In this document: piece after piece, positions 20,167 to 28,026 of the stretch | Layout of the letters: each line of letters opens with the position of its first letter | Position numbering within the stretch: the stretch's first letter is position 1 | DNA from: a virus | Length of the DNA stretch: 64,000 nucleotides | IMG/VR virus record: IMGVR_UViG_3300048672_000430 | Coordinates: 1-64,000 of that record | Direction: 5' to 3' (one strand) | The notes under the pieces: model-generated | What the model saw: only the letters and a program-made list of their open reading frames with translations | Databases searched by the model: none | What the model was told of the DNA's origin: nothing | Program-made: the position numbers and the translations under genes

Positions 20167-20591
20167 TATATACTATCCACCAATCTAAGTAGATCTGCTG
20201 TAGATAGTGCAGTAGGTTGTTCTTTCTTCTTCTCTTCATGATTCTTACCTTTAATCAATTGGAGAGTTTTAGCAAATATTTCTAACTTCTTTGTTTCTTC
20301 TAAAGTAAGTTCTCTATTCATTGCTAGTCCTTTCAACATAGCTATTTGAACTATACAAGTAGTTTCAGTATCAGATGTTCCTTCTGGTTGATCTAAAGTT
20401 AAAGCATTACTAACAGCAACTTGCTTTTCAGCTTCTTGTAGTTTTACAGTTAATGACTCGACCTTACGTTCAAGTTCAGTAATCTTCTTACTTTGAGTAA
20501 TAATAGTTTTATACTGAGAAGAAGCATACTCTTTAACATCATCGATAGATGAGAAATTATCTAGTATATTGTTTGTTATTTGATCACTCAT
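20166..20591 (-). CDS. Hypothetical coiled-coil protein, candidate terminase small subunit
   Basis: 141 aa, translationally coupled upstream of terL; position only. Confidence 0.35.
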   Translation of the reverse strand: MSDQITNNILDNFSSIDDVKEYASSQYKTIITQSKKITELERKVESLTVKLQEAEKQVAVSNALTLDQPEGTSDTETTCIVQIAMLKGLAMNRELTLEETKKLEIFAKTLQLIKGKNHEEKKKEQPTALSTADLLRLVDSI

Positions 20592-20594
20592 ATA

Positions 20595-20870
20595 TTACCT
20601 CTTATAAGACATACCTAGTGACATCTTACTGGTATTACTTTTAATAACATCTAATACTTCATCTTGTTGCTTAAGTTTAGTACTTACATCTTCCTTAAGT
20701 TTACTTAATTCTTTTTTAGTGATTTGTTCAGTAATAAATTCATAAGCTAAGTATAAGATAGCTACTAGTATAATAAATACTATATCGTATCCATTTGTTT
20801 GATATTTAAATGATTTTATAAAAGAAGAAATAAAAAGAATAGCAAGAACTACTTGGATCTTTGATTTCAT
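20595..20870 (-). CDS. Small two-TM membrane protein
   Basis: Two hydrophobic segments then coiled coil; AGGAG RBS. Confidence 0.55.
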   Translation of the reverse strand: MKSKIQVVLAILFISSFIKSFKYQTNGYDIVFIILVAILYLAYEFITEQITKKELSKLKEDVSTKLKQQDEVLDVIKSNTSKMSLGMSYKR

Positions 20871-20958
20871 ATAGGCTCCTAAATAATAAAAAGAGATGTG
20901 TCCGTATCTAGCTTAATATAATGTACTTAGTACTCTAGTATCGACTAGTATCTCTAAT

Positions 20959-20970
20959 GATAGTTGTTAA
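20959..20970 (-). promoter_or_regulatory. Putative late promoter motif
   Basis: TTAACAACTATC, intergenic, upstream of terminase operon. Confidence 0.65.
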
Positions 20971-21058
20971 TTTATATACTGATTTTATTAAATGAACTTT
21001 AGACACACTACTACCGCTTAACCGTGTAGCTTTTTTGCTTGTCTGTTTATATACAGCG

Positions 21059-21087
21059 ATTATACCACAACATAGTGGTTTTGTCAA
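21059..21087 (-). promoter_or_regulatory. Consensus sigma70 promoter
   Basis: TTGACA-17 nt-TATAAT with TGn extension on minus strand. Confidence 0.8.
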
Positions 21088-21098
21088 GTTTTTTATGA

Positions 21099-21497
21099 TC
21101 ACGGGTTAAATACTCGGATATCGGTCTTTAAATTATAACTAGCCATAGGAACAATTTGAACATGAACCCAATTTGTTGTTCCCTTTTCCATCCAAAGATT
21201 ATACTTTTTAAGCATAGCACAATCATTTGCTATTAACCAATTGTAAAGCTCTAACTTCGGATCACTGATATCAGCAGCCTGTCCAAAAAGATGTTTCGAC
21301 ATTCTAGGATACTTCTTACTCTTATATATTCTTTCCATATCGGCATCATTTCTTAAACCTGAAGTTATTGTCATAGGTTTACCCCAAGCTACCCTAACTT
21401 TGTTTAAACGATCCAATAATATAGTGAGATTAACAGTTTGTTCATCCGTACATTCAGATTGACTATGAGCCCCTAATAGTTCTTTCATCGAAATCAT
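21099..21497 (-). CDS. Peptidase M15 family endolysin
   Basis: ITSGLR, SKHLFGQAADI, WVHVQ zinc-binding motifs. Confidence 0.85.
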   Translation of the reverse strand: MISMKELLGAHSQSECTDEQTVNLTILLDRLNKVRVAWGKPMTITSGLRNDADMERIYKSKKYPRMSKHLFGQAADISDPKLELYNWLIANDCAMLKKYNLWMEKGTTNWVHVQIVPMASYNLKTDIRVFNP

Positions 21498-21775
21498 ATT
21501 GACTCCTGAGCCTTTTTAAGCTCTTTATATACTCTATAATAATCAAGATAAACAGGTTCATTATTCTCTTTACAGGCTTCAACATACACACCTATAATAT
21601 AGATACAACGTTCAGCAACCTCATTTAACTCTTCTATTAACGACTCTAACTCCTCTTCATACTCAAGAATTAAAGAAGGATCAGAACAATTAGAAAGCAT
21701 CTCTCTAACTTCGGCTATATCATCCATGACATAACCTAATAACTGTATCTTCTTATGAATAGAGGAATTATACAT
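21494..21775 (-). CDS. Hypothetical protein
   Basis: 93 aa acidic helical ORF coupled to endolysin. Confidence 0.5.
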   Translation of the reverse strand: MYNSSIHKKIQLLGYVMDDIAEVREMLSNCSDPSLILEYEEELESLIEELNEVAERCIYIIGVYVEACKENNEPVYLDYYRVYKELKKAQESI

Positions 21776-21778
21776 TAT

Positions 21779-21991
21779 CTACCCTTTAGAACGTAATTTC
21801 TGCATCCTAACTTTCATTTGTTTACGTACACAATCACTACACTTCCTACCAACCCATAGGTCACCCTTATCATCTACCCATTTCTTATTTCTATTATCAG
21901 GGTACTTACCTACTTGCACACGTAGTTTGATCTCTTGACAAACTGAACATTTACTCATGTTTTGTTCTAATTTTACTTCATCATTTTCCAT
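21779..21991 (-). CDS. Small zinc-finger protein
   Basis: CSVC...CSDC; AGAGG RBS. Confidence 0.55.
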   Translation of the reverse strand: MENDEVKLEQNMSKCSVCQEIKLRVQVGKYPDNRNKKWVDDKGDLWVGRKCSDCVRKQMKVRMQKLRSKG

Positions 21992-22005
21992 AATACACCT
22001 CTATA

Positions 22006-22017
22006 TAAAGTTGTTAA
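22006..22017 (-). promoter_or_regulatory. Putative late promoter motif
   Basis: TTAACAACTTTA followed by TAT-AGAGG, same geometry as the 2446 copy. Confidence 0.65.
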
Positions 22018-22049
22018 TATTGTTTATATTTAATAACTTAGTAAAGCGA

Positions 22050-22082
22050 GAAAAGGGAGCTGGGGTTCTCTCCTCTCTTTTC
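22050..22082. terminator. Intergenic hairpin, possible terminator
   Basis: GAAAAGGGAG ... CTCTCTTTTC inverted repeat. Confidence 0.4.
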
Positions 22083-22099
22083 GAGCTGCGTTTATATAC

Positions 22100-22591
22100 C
22101 TATTTCCGTTTCTTCACCCACTCCATCGTTCTATCGTTCAGAGCATATACCGGCTGCACTAGATCCACTCCAACATAATACTGAGCAACAAAACCCTTAG
22201 CTTCATCCATGTTCTCAAAAACCCCAACAACGGTCTTATCCTTTCTAATATTCTCAATTACAACAAACACAGCAGGTATACTACAATTCACTAGGATCTT
22301 GGGTTTATATTTTGAATAGCTAATTTTAGCCTTAACAACATCAAACCCGGCAGTAACATACTTCTCAACATAATACTGAGAGTAAATTTGTTTATATAAC
22401 AACTCTTCTGTTTTTAATAAAATTTTTATATAAGATCGATCGCCCACTAATTCTGGAAAATCATCCAAAATTTGACCTATACGAGATTTTAGGTTATTTG
22501 CATATCCAACGTAGCATTTACTAGAAACAGGGTTAATAATGGCAAATACGCAACTATTAGGTAGACTATGGAGAGTATTGATGAAATTCAT
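22100..22591 (-). CDS. Degenerate GIY-YIG-like protein
   Basis: CVFAIINPVSSKCYVGYANNLKSR resembles GIY-YIG...R motif. Confidence 0.5.
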   Translation of the reverse strand: MNFINTLHSLPNSCVFAIINPVSSKCYVGYANNLKSRIGQILDDFPELVGDRSYIKILLKTEELLYKQIYSQYYVEKYVTAGFDVVKAKISYSKYKPKILVNCSIPAVFVVIENIRKDKTVVGVFENMDEAKGFVAQYYVGVDLVQPVYALNDRTMEWVKKRK

Positions 22592-22637
22592 TGTTGTTTT
22601 CCTCAGTAAAAATATAACATTACATTAGGTCGTTATG

Positions 22638-22649
22638 TATAGTTGTTCA
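22638..22649 (-). promoter_or_regulatory. Putative late promoter motif (variant)
   Basis: TGAACAACTATA upstream of 22591. Confidence 0.5.
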
Positions 22650-22834
22650 GTATTAGTGATTTCGATGAGGTGAGTAAAATAGGTGTGGTCGAGAATAGGT
22701 GTTTATATACTTGAATTAGGTGGTATCACGGATGAGCTAACAAAGCCTTTCGTCCCGTCGGAAAGCCCATAGGGGGTAGGTAGGTGGGGGGTGTTTGATA
22801 TGCCAAACTTTTGTATGATGTTGCGAACTTAAGA

Positions 22835-23050
22835 TGGCACGGATCTTGCAGGGATATGCAAGTATCATGCCGGCACGGTAATTGCTATATATGCAAGAAG
22901 TATGCCAAGTGCTAAGTGTCCAATATTGTAGGAGTTCTGGGGTAAGTGGTTGATATGTGATGAAATTATTTGGTATTGATGTTGCTATATATGCAAGGGG
23001 CATGCCGAGGTTTACCCGGTTGAGGGCAATTTTTTGGCATCGATTTTGCA
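22835..23050. repeat. Array of seven sigma54-type -24/-12 boxes in both orientations
   Basis: YGGYAY-N5-TTGCW at 22835(+), 22857(-), 22871(+), 22892(-), 22971(+), 22992(-), 23035(+). Confidence 0.8.
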
Positions 23051-23206
23051 ATTAGACCTGCATCATTATATGCCCCAAAACCAGGAATTTTATTTTTATC
23101 CTTATATACAACGAAAATCTGTCATGCCTGAAAAATTTTTTTAGCGTCTTAACTCTATGTTATCGTTGGTGAATTTCAGATTTTTTAAATTATTTTTGAA
23201 GATCGC

Positions 23207-23235
23207 TTGCAATTATTTTTTAGATCGGTTAAGAT
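23207..23235 (+). promoter_or_regulatory. sigma70-type early promoter
   Basis: TTGCAA-17 nt-TAAGAT with upstream A/T tracts. Confidence 0.55.
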
Positions 23236-23282
23236 TGTTTCAAGGCAAGCAACTAAGCTTGTCGGTAACGAGAGGTTAGAAC

Positions 23283-23345
23283 ATGGTAGCGGTGGTTGTA
23301 GTGATTTTTGTTTCATACTTTTTATTAGAAGTTGTTGGAATATAA
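23283..23345 (+). CDS. 20-aa hydrophobic peptide
   Basis: GAGAGG RBS; MVAVVVVIFVSYFLLEVVGI. Confidence 0.45.
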   Translation: MVAVVVVIFVSYFLLEVVGI

Positions 23346-23393
23346 AAAAAAGCTATAGGTTCCCGTTGTGGATAGTTTTTCAATATGTACTTA

Positions 23394-23405
23394 CATAGTT
23401 GTTAA
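23394..23405 (-). promoter_or_regulatory. Putative late promoter motif pointing left
   Basis: TTAACAACTATG, intergenic. Confidence 0.55.
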
Positions 23406-23426
23406 ATCAACTTTAAAGGAATTGTT

Positions 23427-23681
23427 ATGATAAAAAGTAAAGAGCAGATGAAATTTGAAGCTATGAAAAGAAAACAAGTACTTGAGGCGAAAAGTAAAAA
23501 TAACGCCTTTAATAAGGCGGGGAATGTTAAGACAAGTTTTGGAAAATGTAATAAAGAGTATTTAATTAACATGGGATTTTATGTTAAAGGAGAAAGAAAT
23601 AAACCGAGTAAATCGGCATGGGTAGAAAAAAGATTAGATAAAAATATAATTGAAGTTGACTTAAGAAAAAAGTCATGCTAA
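23427..23681 (+). CDS. Basic early hypothetical protein
   Basis: 84 aa Lys-rich ORF with AAGGA RBS. Confidence 0.55.
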   Translation: MIKSKEQMKFEAMKRKQVLEAKSKNNAFNKAGNVKTSFGKCNKEYLINMGFYVKGERNKPSKSAWVEKRLDKNIIEVDLRKKSC

Positions 23682-23684
23682 TAT
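23656..23684 (+). promoter_or_regulatory. sigma70-type promoter in front of structured RNA
   Basis: TTGACT-17 nt-TAATAT with TGn. Confidence 0.6.
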
Positions 23685-23690
23685 AAAGTA

Positions 23691-24035
23691 AGTAAAGCAA
23701 CTGAGATCGGTCACAAGTCCGACTGAAAAATGCTGAGTGATTATTTAAACAAAGTACCAAAATAGGTACTATACTCAAAGAACATGATTCGGGTAGACCC
23801 CAATCCTAGGGCTTTGAATGAAACACTCACGAACCACGGCGAAAAACGCTGAAAGCTTGACAATGCAAATTGTCTGCATCGTGTAAGAAAAATGCTTATG
23901 AACCACAAGTGATCGAAAAGTCGGTGGTTGCAAGTGAAGGCTACATCATGTAAATGATGAGAGATAACCATTAAGCATTGTTTTAAACATACAATGTCCT
24001 GTTGCAAGTCAGGCTGAGAAAATGTGAGCAAAACA
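23691..24035 (+). ncRNA. Candidate structured non-coding RNA, family unassigned
   Basis: About ten nested stems, two GNRA-capped hairpins, duplicated hairpin module with compensatory changes; no plus-strand ORF; upstream promoter. Confidence 0.65.
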
Positions 24036-24056
24036 AAATATAAACCGAGGTGATTT

Positions 24057-24296
24057 ATGTATGAACAACATCGAATCGAATTGATTCGTTCAATACGTAT
24101 TTACTTATCTATGTATAAGGTATCTAAATTAGAGAATTATTTGGATTCTGCGGTCAGAGTAATGAAACAACTAGATGATCTAAATAAGGAAAATATAAAC
24201 GAATATAAAAACCTAGTGAATCTTCAAAATAAAAGAGATGAGCTAAATAATTTCTTAGATCAAACAAATAACACTGTATTTTTAAAAGCTTCTTAG
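24057..24296 (+). CDS. Early hypothetical protein
   Basis: GAGGTG RBS, 79 aa. Confidence 0.6.
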   Translation: MYEQHRIELIRSIRIYLSMYKVSKLENYLDSAVRVMKQLDDLNKENINEYKNLVNLQNKRDELNNFLDQTNNTVFLKAS

Positions 24297-24305
24297 GAGT
24301 ATGTA

Positions 24306-24431
24306 ATGGAAAAATTCTATGATCGATTTAATGAAATGGAATATAGTGATTATATTGAGGAAAATGATTTAGACTTTGACTATGAAGACGACGATGAGGA
24401 AGATCAATTTATTTACACTGATAATTTTTAG
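24306..24431 (+). CDS. 41-aa highly acidic peptide
   Basis: AGGAG RBS; MEKFYDRFNEMEYSDYIEENDLDFDYEDDDEEDQFIYTDNF. Confidence 0.55.
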   Translation: MEKFYDRFNEMEYSDYIEENDLDFDYEDDDEEDQFIYTDNF

Positions 24432-24763
24432 AGGTACTTATGACAATTTATGATGCAGTAATTGTGTTTTTCATATCAACTATTGGGCTAACAATGACAA
24501 TTTGTTTCCTGGAAATGTTTACAATCTACGCAAAATTACAGTAATTATCGAGGTAGCCTATGTACTACATCAAAGGTAAGCTATTAAAAAATAGGTACGA
24601 ACTATATGATAAGGCCAAAACTATAAGCGAGGCCACTAAGTTATTGAAACAATATAAAAAAACCTTTAAGAAAATTAAATTCAAGATACAATTCATAAAT
24701 ACCTAGTAATCTAATGTATTGAGACGATCGTCTTAACCTTAAAATGTATTAGATTAAATTAAA

Positions 24764-24794
24764 GGGCGGTTTAATATCGCCCCCTGTCCTTTTT
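24764..24794 (+). terminator. Intrinsic terminator-like hairpin
   Basis: GGGCGGT-TTAAT-ATCGCCC then CCTGTCCTTTTT. Confidence 0.55.
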
Positions 24795-25084
24795 AGTTAA
24801 AAGAAACTTTAAAACGAGGTGTATTATGGAAATTACAATCGAAGTTCTAAGTTCTAATAGTAATGCTTTAGAGCAAATTAAAATGGCATTTAATAGAAGA
24901 AATGGTCATGATACAATCCCAAATATAATGAACGATATAGGTGAAGAATTGGGCTACGAGGTAGCTAATACAGACGACAAGTATTCGTTTACCGATAAGG
25001 AGTAACCTTTGATTAGAGTAATGTTACTTATCTATTATCTACTTACAATATTAATTTTAATGACATTTATTAAATACTTATGAG

Positions 25085-26545
25085 GTGAAAATGAACTTAG
25101 AATCATTTACTGTTAAGGGTACAATAATTCAAACAAATAAAGACTTATATGGTGGTGGATATGGTGGCACATATATTTATAAGATCGTAAAGAGTGCCAA
25201 ATTAAATCCAGATAAAACATTCCTAACTAATCAACCAATTCTTGTAAACGAAGACAACAGGCGAATATATCCTTATCTAACAAATTCTAGATTATTAGAA
25301 TTAAATATTAAAGAAATCAAATGTGAAAAAACAATAAAAGAATTTAATAAAATTTTAGTTGACTCGAAAAGGAAAAATGCCTTTAAAAATCTAACCAACG
25401 GTATTGTAGAAACTTTAGGAAGCGACCCTGAAATTTTTGTGGTAGATGAAAACGATAAAGTAATTCCTTCTTATGAATTTTTAAATGGTAAAGATAATCC
25501 AAATTTAACAGGAACATACAAGGAATTTAAAATAAATGGTAATTGTGGTGCAAATGTAAATCAAAAAATGTTTTGGGACGGTTTCCAAGCTGAATTTAAT
25601 ACAGATGCTCAAAGTTGTTTAGCCTGGGTATGTGACTCGACTGTACTCGGTTTACAATCCGTTTTGAAAGAAGCAAAAAAGTATAATCCAAATGCAAGAT
25701 TAACAATTCAAACAACAGTAGACATTGATAAGAATGTTCTAGATAACGCTAAACCTGAACATGTAGAGTTCGGTTGTATGCCATCGTTTAACGTATATAA
25801 TATGTCAGGAATCAAGGCAGATGGTAGGTCGGTATCATTTAGATCAGCAGGTGGACATATTCACTTCGGTATGAGTGACTTAACTAAAACGAAAGCTAAA
25901 AGATATGTAAAGGCACTAGATAAGATTCTAGGTGTTGCATGTGTTTCATTGTTTAATACTTACGACGACCCTAGAAGACGTACTATGTACGGATTAGCAG
26001 GTGAATATAGATTACCTGCACACGGTTTAGAATATAGAACATTAAGTAATGCGTGGTTATCTCACCCGCTTATTATGAATCTAGTATTTGAAATGGCTAG
26101 AAAGGTAATAGGTGCAGAAGAGGACGAACAAATGCAATTCTGGGATTCAACAGAAGAAGAAACTATTAGATGTATCAATACATGTGATGTTGATTTAGCT
26201 AGGGAGATTTTAGCAAGAAATAAAACAAACCTGATTAATCTCTTAAAATCTATAAGTTCTATAAGTTATAATGAAAATGCTGAATATATCTATAAAATTT
26301 TAATGTTAGGTATGCAATCGATCATTGAAAATCCTGATGATATATCGGGTAATTGGTCATTCGAAAATCTTTATAAAGGTCATTGTGATGCAGACGGTAT
26401 GCAACTTATTACAATAGATAATATACCAAATTATAGATTATTAAAAGATGAGAAGGTTACTGCGATATATGAACAACTAGCATTTAATATTAAGCAATTA
26501 GATAATGATGAGGAAACTATGACATTGAAAGAAGTTATGGGGTAG
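25085..26545 (+). CDS. phiEco32-like COOH-NH2 ligase type 2
   Basis: LGSDPEIFV, DGFQAEFN, FGCMPSFN, RSAGGHIHFG, RRTMYGLAGEYR, GLEYRTLSN. Confidence 0.85.
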   Translation: MKMNLESFTVKGTIIQTNKDLYGGGYGGTYIYKIVKSAKLNPDKTFLTNQPILVNEDNRRIYPYLTNSRLLELNIKEIKCEKTIKEFNKILVDSKRKNAFKNLTNGIVETLGSDPEIFVVDENDKVIPSYEFLNGKDNPNLTGTYKEFKINGNCGANVNQKMFWDGFQAEFNTDAQSCLAWVCDSTVLGLQSVLKEAKKYNPNARLTIQTTVDIDKNVLDNAKPEHVEFGCMPSFNVYNMSGIKADGRSVSFRSAGGHIHFGMSDLTKTKAKRYVKALDKILGVACVSLFNTYDDPRRRTMYGLAGEYRLPAHGLEYRTLSNAWLSHPLIMNLVFEMARKVIGAEEDEQMQFWDSTEEETIRCINTCDVDLAREILARNKTNLINLLKSISSISYNENAEYIYKILMLGMQSIIENPDDISGNWSFENLYKGHCDADGMQLITIDNIPNYRLLKDEKVTAIYEQLAFNIKQLDNDEETMTLKEVMG

Positions 26546-26548
26546 GTC

Positions 26549-27250
26549 ATGAATGAACTAAAGATTTTAATTTCAAATAGTGCATTGGTTTTAAATTACT
26601 ACGATAAGGAACTTAAGAAATCTGCTATAAGAAATAAAGGCTTATATGATGTAAGCGATGAAAATCTACATAAAGTTTGTAATGATGTATTTAGTATGGT
26701 GATAGGTAAACCAACAAATTTTAGTTGGACGGATTGCCAAGCAATATTTGACTTAATAGAGCGTGATTATGAAATAAAGGATAAGTAAATGAATAGATTA
26801 GAAATAGCAATGAAAATTCTTCAATGGGAAGGTGATGCAATCACTAAACATAGAAAGTTTGTTGATAACTTTATTAATGAAAATGAATTTAATGAAGTCT
26901 TAAAAGAAGCAGCATGTATAGAATTAGGTATTGAAGAAATCGAATTTGAAAGAATGAGCGATGAAGAATTTTTTAATGTAATGTTTGAATATTCTCATAA
27001 CAATACAGTTATGGTAGCAAGCTAGGTAATTATGCAAATATTTAACGTGTCTGCTGAGGTTATAAAAAAACCTAAAAAATGTTCGCATTGTGATAAATTA
27101 AAAGAAACAGGTTCAAGTATGTACTTCGGTCATACAATTCTATTCTCATTAAACAATAACAAAACTAAAGAGTTGCATTGGACATGTGAGGAATGTGTTA
27201 AAACAAAACATGGGTACTTGACAGAATGTTATTGTATGGATTATTTATGA
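26549..27250 (+). CDS. Three small hypothetical genes (26549-26788, 26789-27025, 27032-27250; last has CxxC pairs)
   Basis: Abutting plus-strand ORFs. Confidence 0.5.
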
Positions 27251-27381
27251 AAAGGTTTATAACAGAACACCACGATTTTTTAGTTGTGTTGTTAATTATG
27301 GGATTATTCGCAAAAGCCCTGTTATTAATTTTTAATATATTAGGATCATATACTATAAATGAATACTTTATGAGGTAAATT

Positions 27382-27672
27382 ATGCACGCATTTGTAGAAG
27401 ACATACTACAATTCACTTTAAACAATAAGAAGCATCAACATTTTCAAGAAAAGGAAACAAGATATTCATTCGTTATATGTAATAGGAATATATATGCTCA
27501 CGATAGTAGTGTGACATTACACAATGGTAAAACGGATATACATAGGAATTTTGATAGATTTAATGTGATTAAATCACCTCATAGATTACAGCCTATTTTT
27601 TTAAGTCGAGAAACTATGAGAGATTCTTATAAAAATAGACCATTTAGTGATTTGGTAAAAATAGTGGAGTAG
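27382..27672 (+). CDS. IxQ/YxF family small protein
   Basis: ILQF...RYSF...LVKIVE; GAGGT RBS. Confidence 0.55.
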   Translation: MHAFVEDILQFTLNNKKHQHFQEKETRYSFVICNRNIYAHDSSVTLHNGKTDIHRNFDRFNVIKSPHRLQPIFLSRETMRDSYKNRPFSDLVKIVE

Positions 27673-27861
27673 TAAATGGAAAAAATAAAACATATTTATT
27701 CAAAAGAATTAGGTCAATTATTTATGAGAATGACCGACGAAGAATATTTCGATTGGTTGAAAACAAACGAAGTAGAATATACTAAACCATTATTGGAATT
27801 AATAAATGAAGATAAGGCTAATCTAAGTGATGAAGATTATACAGATACATAGGGGAACATC

Positions 27862-28026
27862 ATGATAATAATACAATGCGATAACGATTTATGTGAAGCC
27901 GGAAATGAATGGTCTGAACATATTAATTATCGATTTAGTAATGATTATATAGATTACGATGATTTCTTAAATAATGTTTCAAATGAAGAAGAATATAGAA
28001 TAATATGGGAGGATACAAATGATTAA
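27862..28026 (+). CDS. IxQ/YxF family microprotein (54 aa)
   Basis: MIIIQC...NYRF...YRIIW; read by hand. Confidence 0.55.
   Translation: MIIIQCDNDLCEAGNEWSEHINYRFSNDYIDYDDFLNNVSNEEEYRIIWEDTND

Noticed and set aside
22737-23051. 104-aa minus-strand ORF over the sigma54 array
   Set aside because: TTG start, atypical composition; repeats such as WH/GM..A are by-products of the DNA motif
22835-23075. CRISPR array reading of the repeats
   Set aside because: Short, alternating in orientation, irregularly spaced; no constant repeat-spacer units
23697-24030. tRNA, tmRNA, hammerhead or group I intron identity for the structured RNA
   Set aside because: No cloverleaf or acceptor end, no CUGANGA/GAAA core in correct geometry, no interrupted host gene
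23584-24031. Minus-strand ORFs 23584-23778 and 23741-24031
   Set aside because: Antisense to the early block, no protein-like features; region better explained as structured RNA
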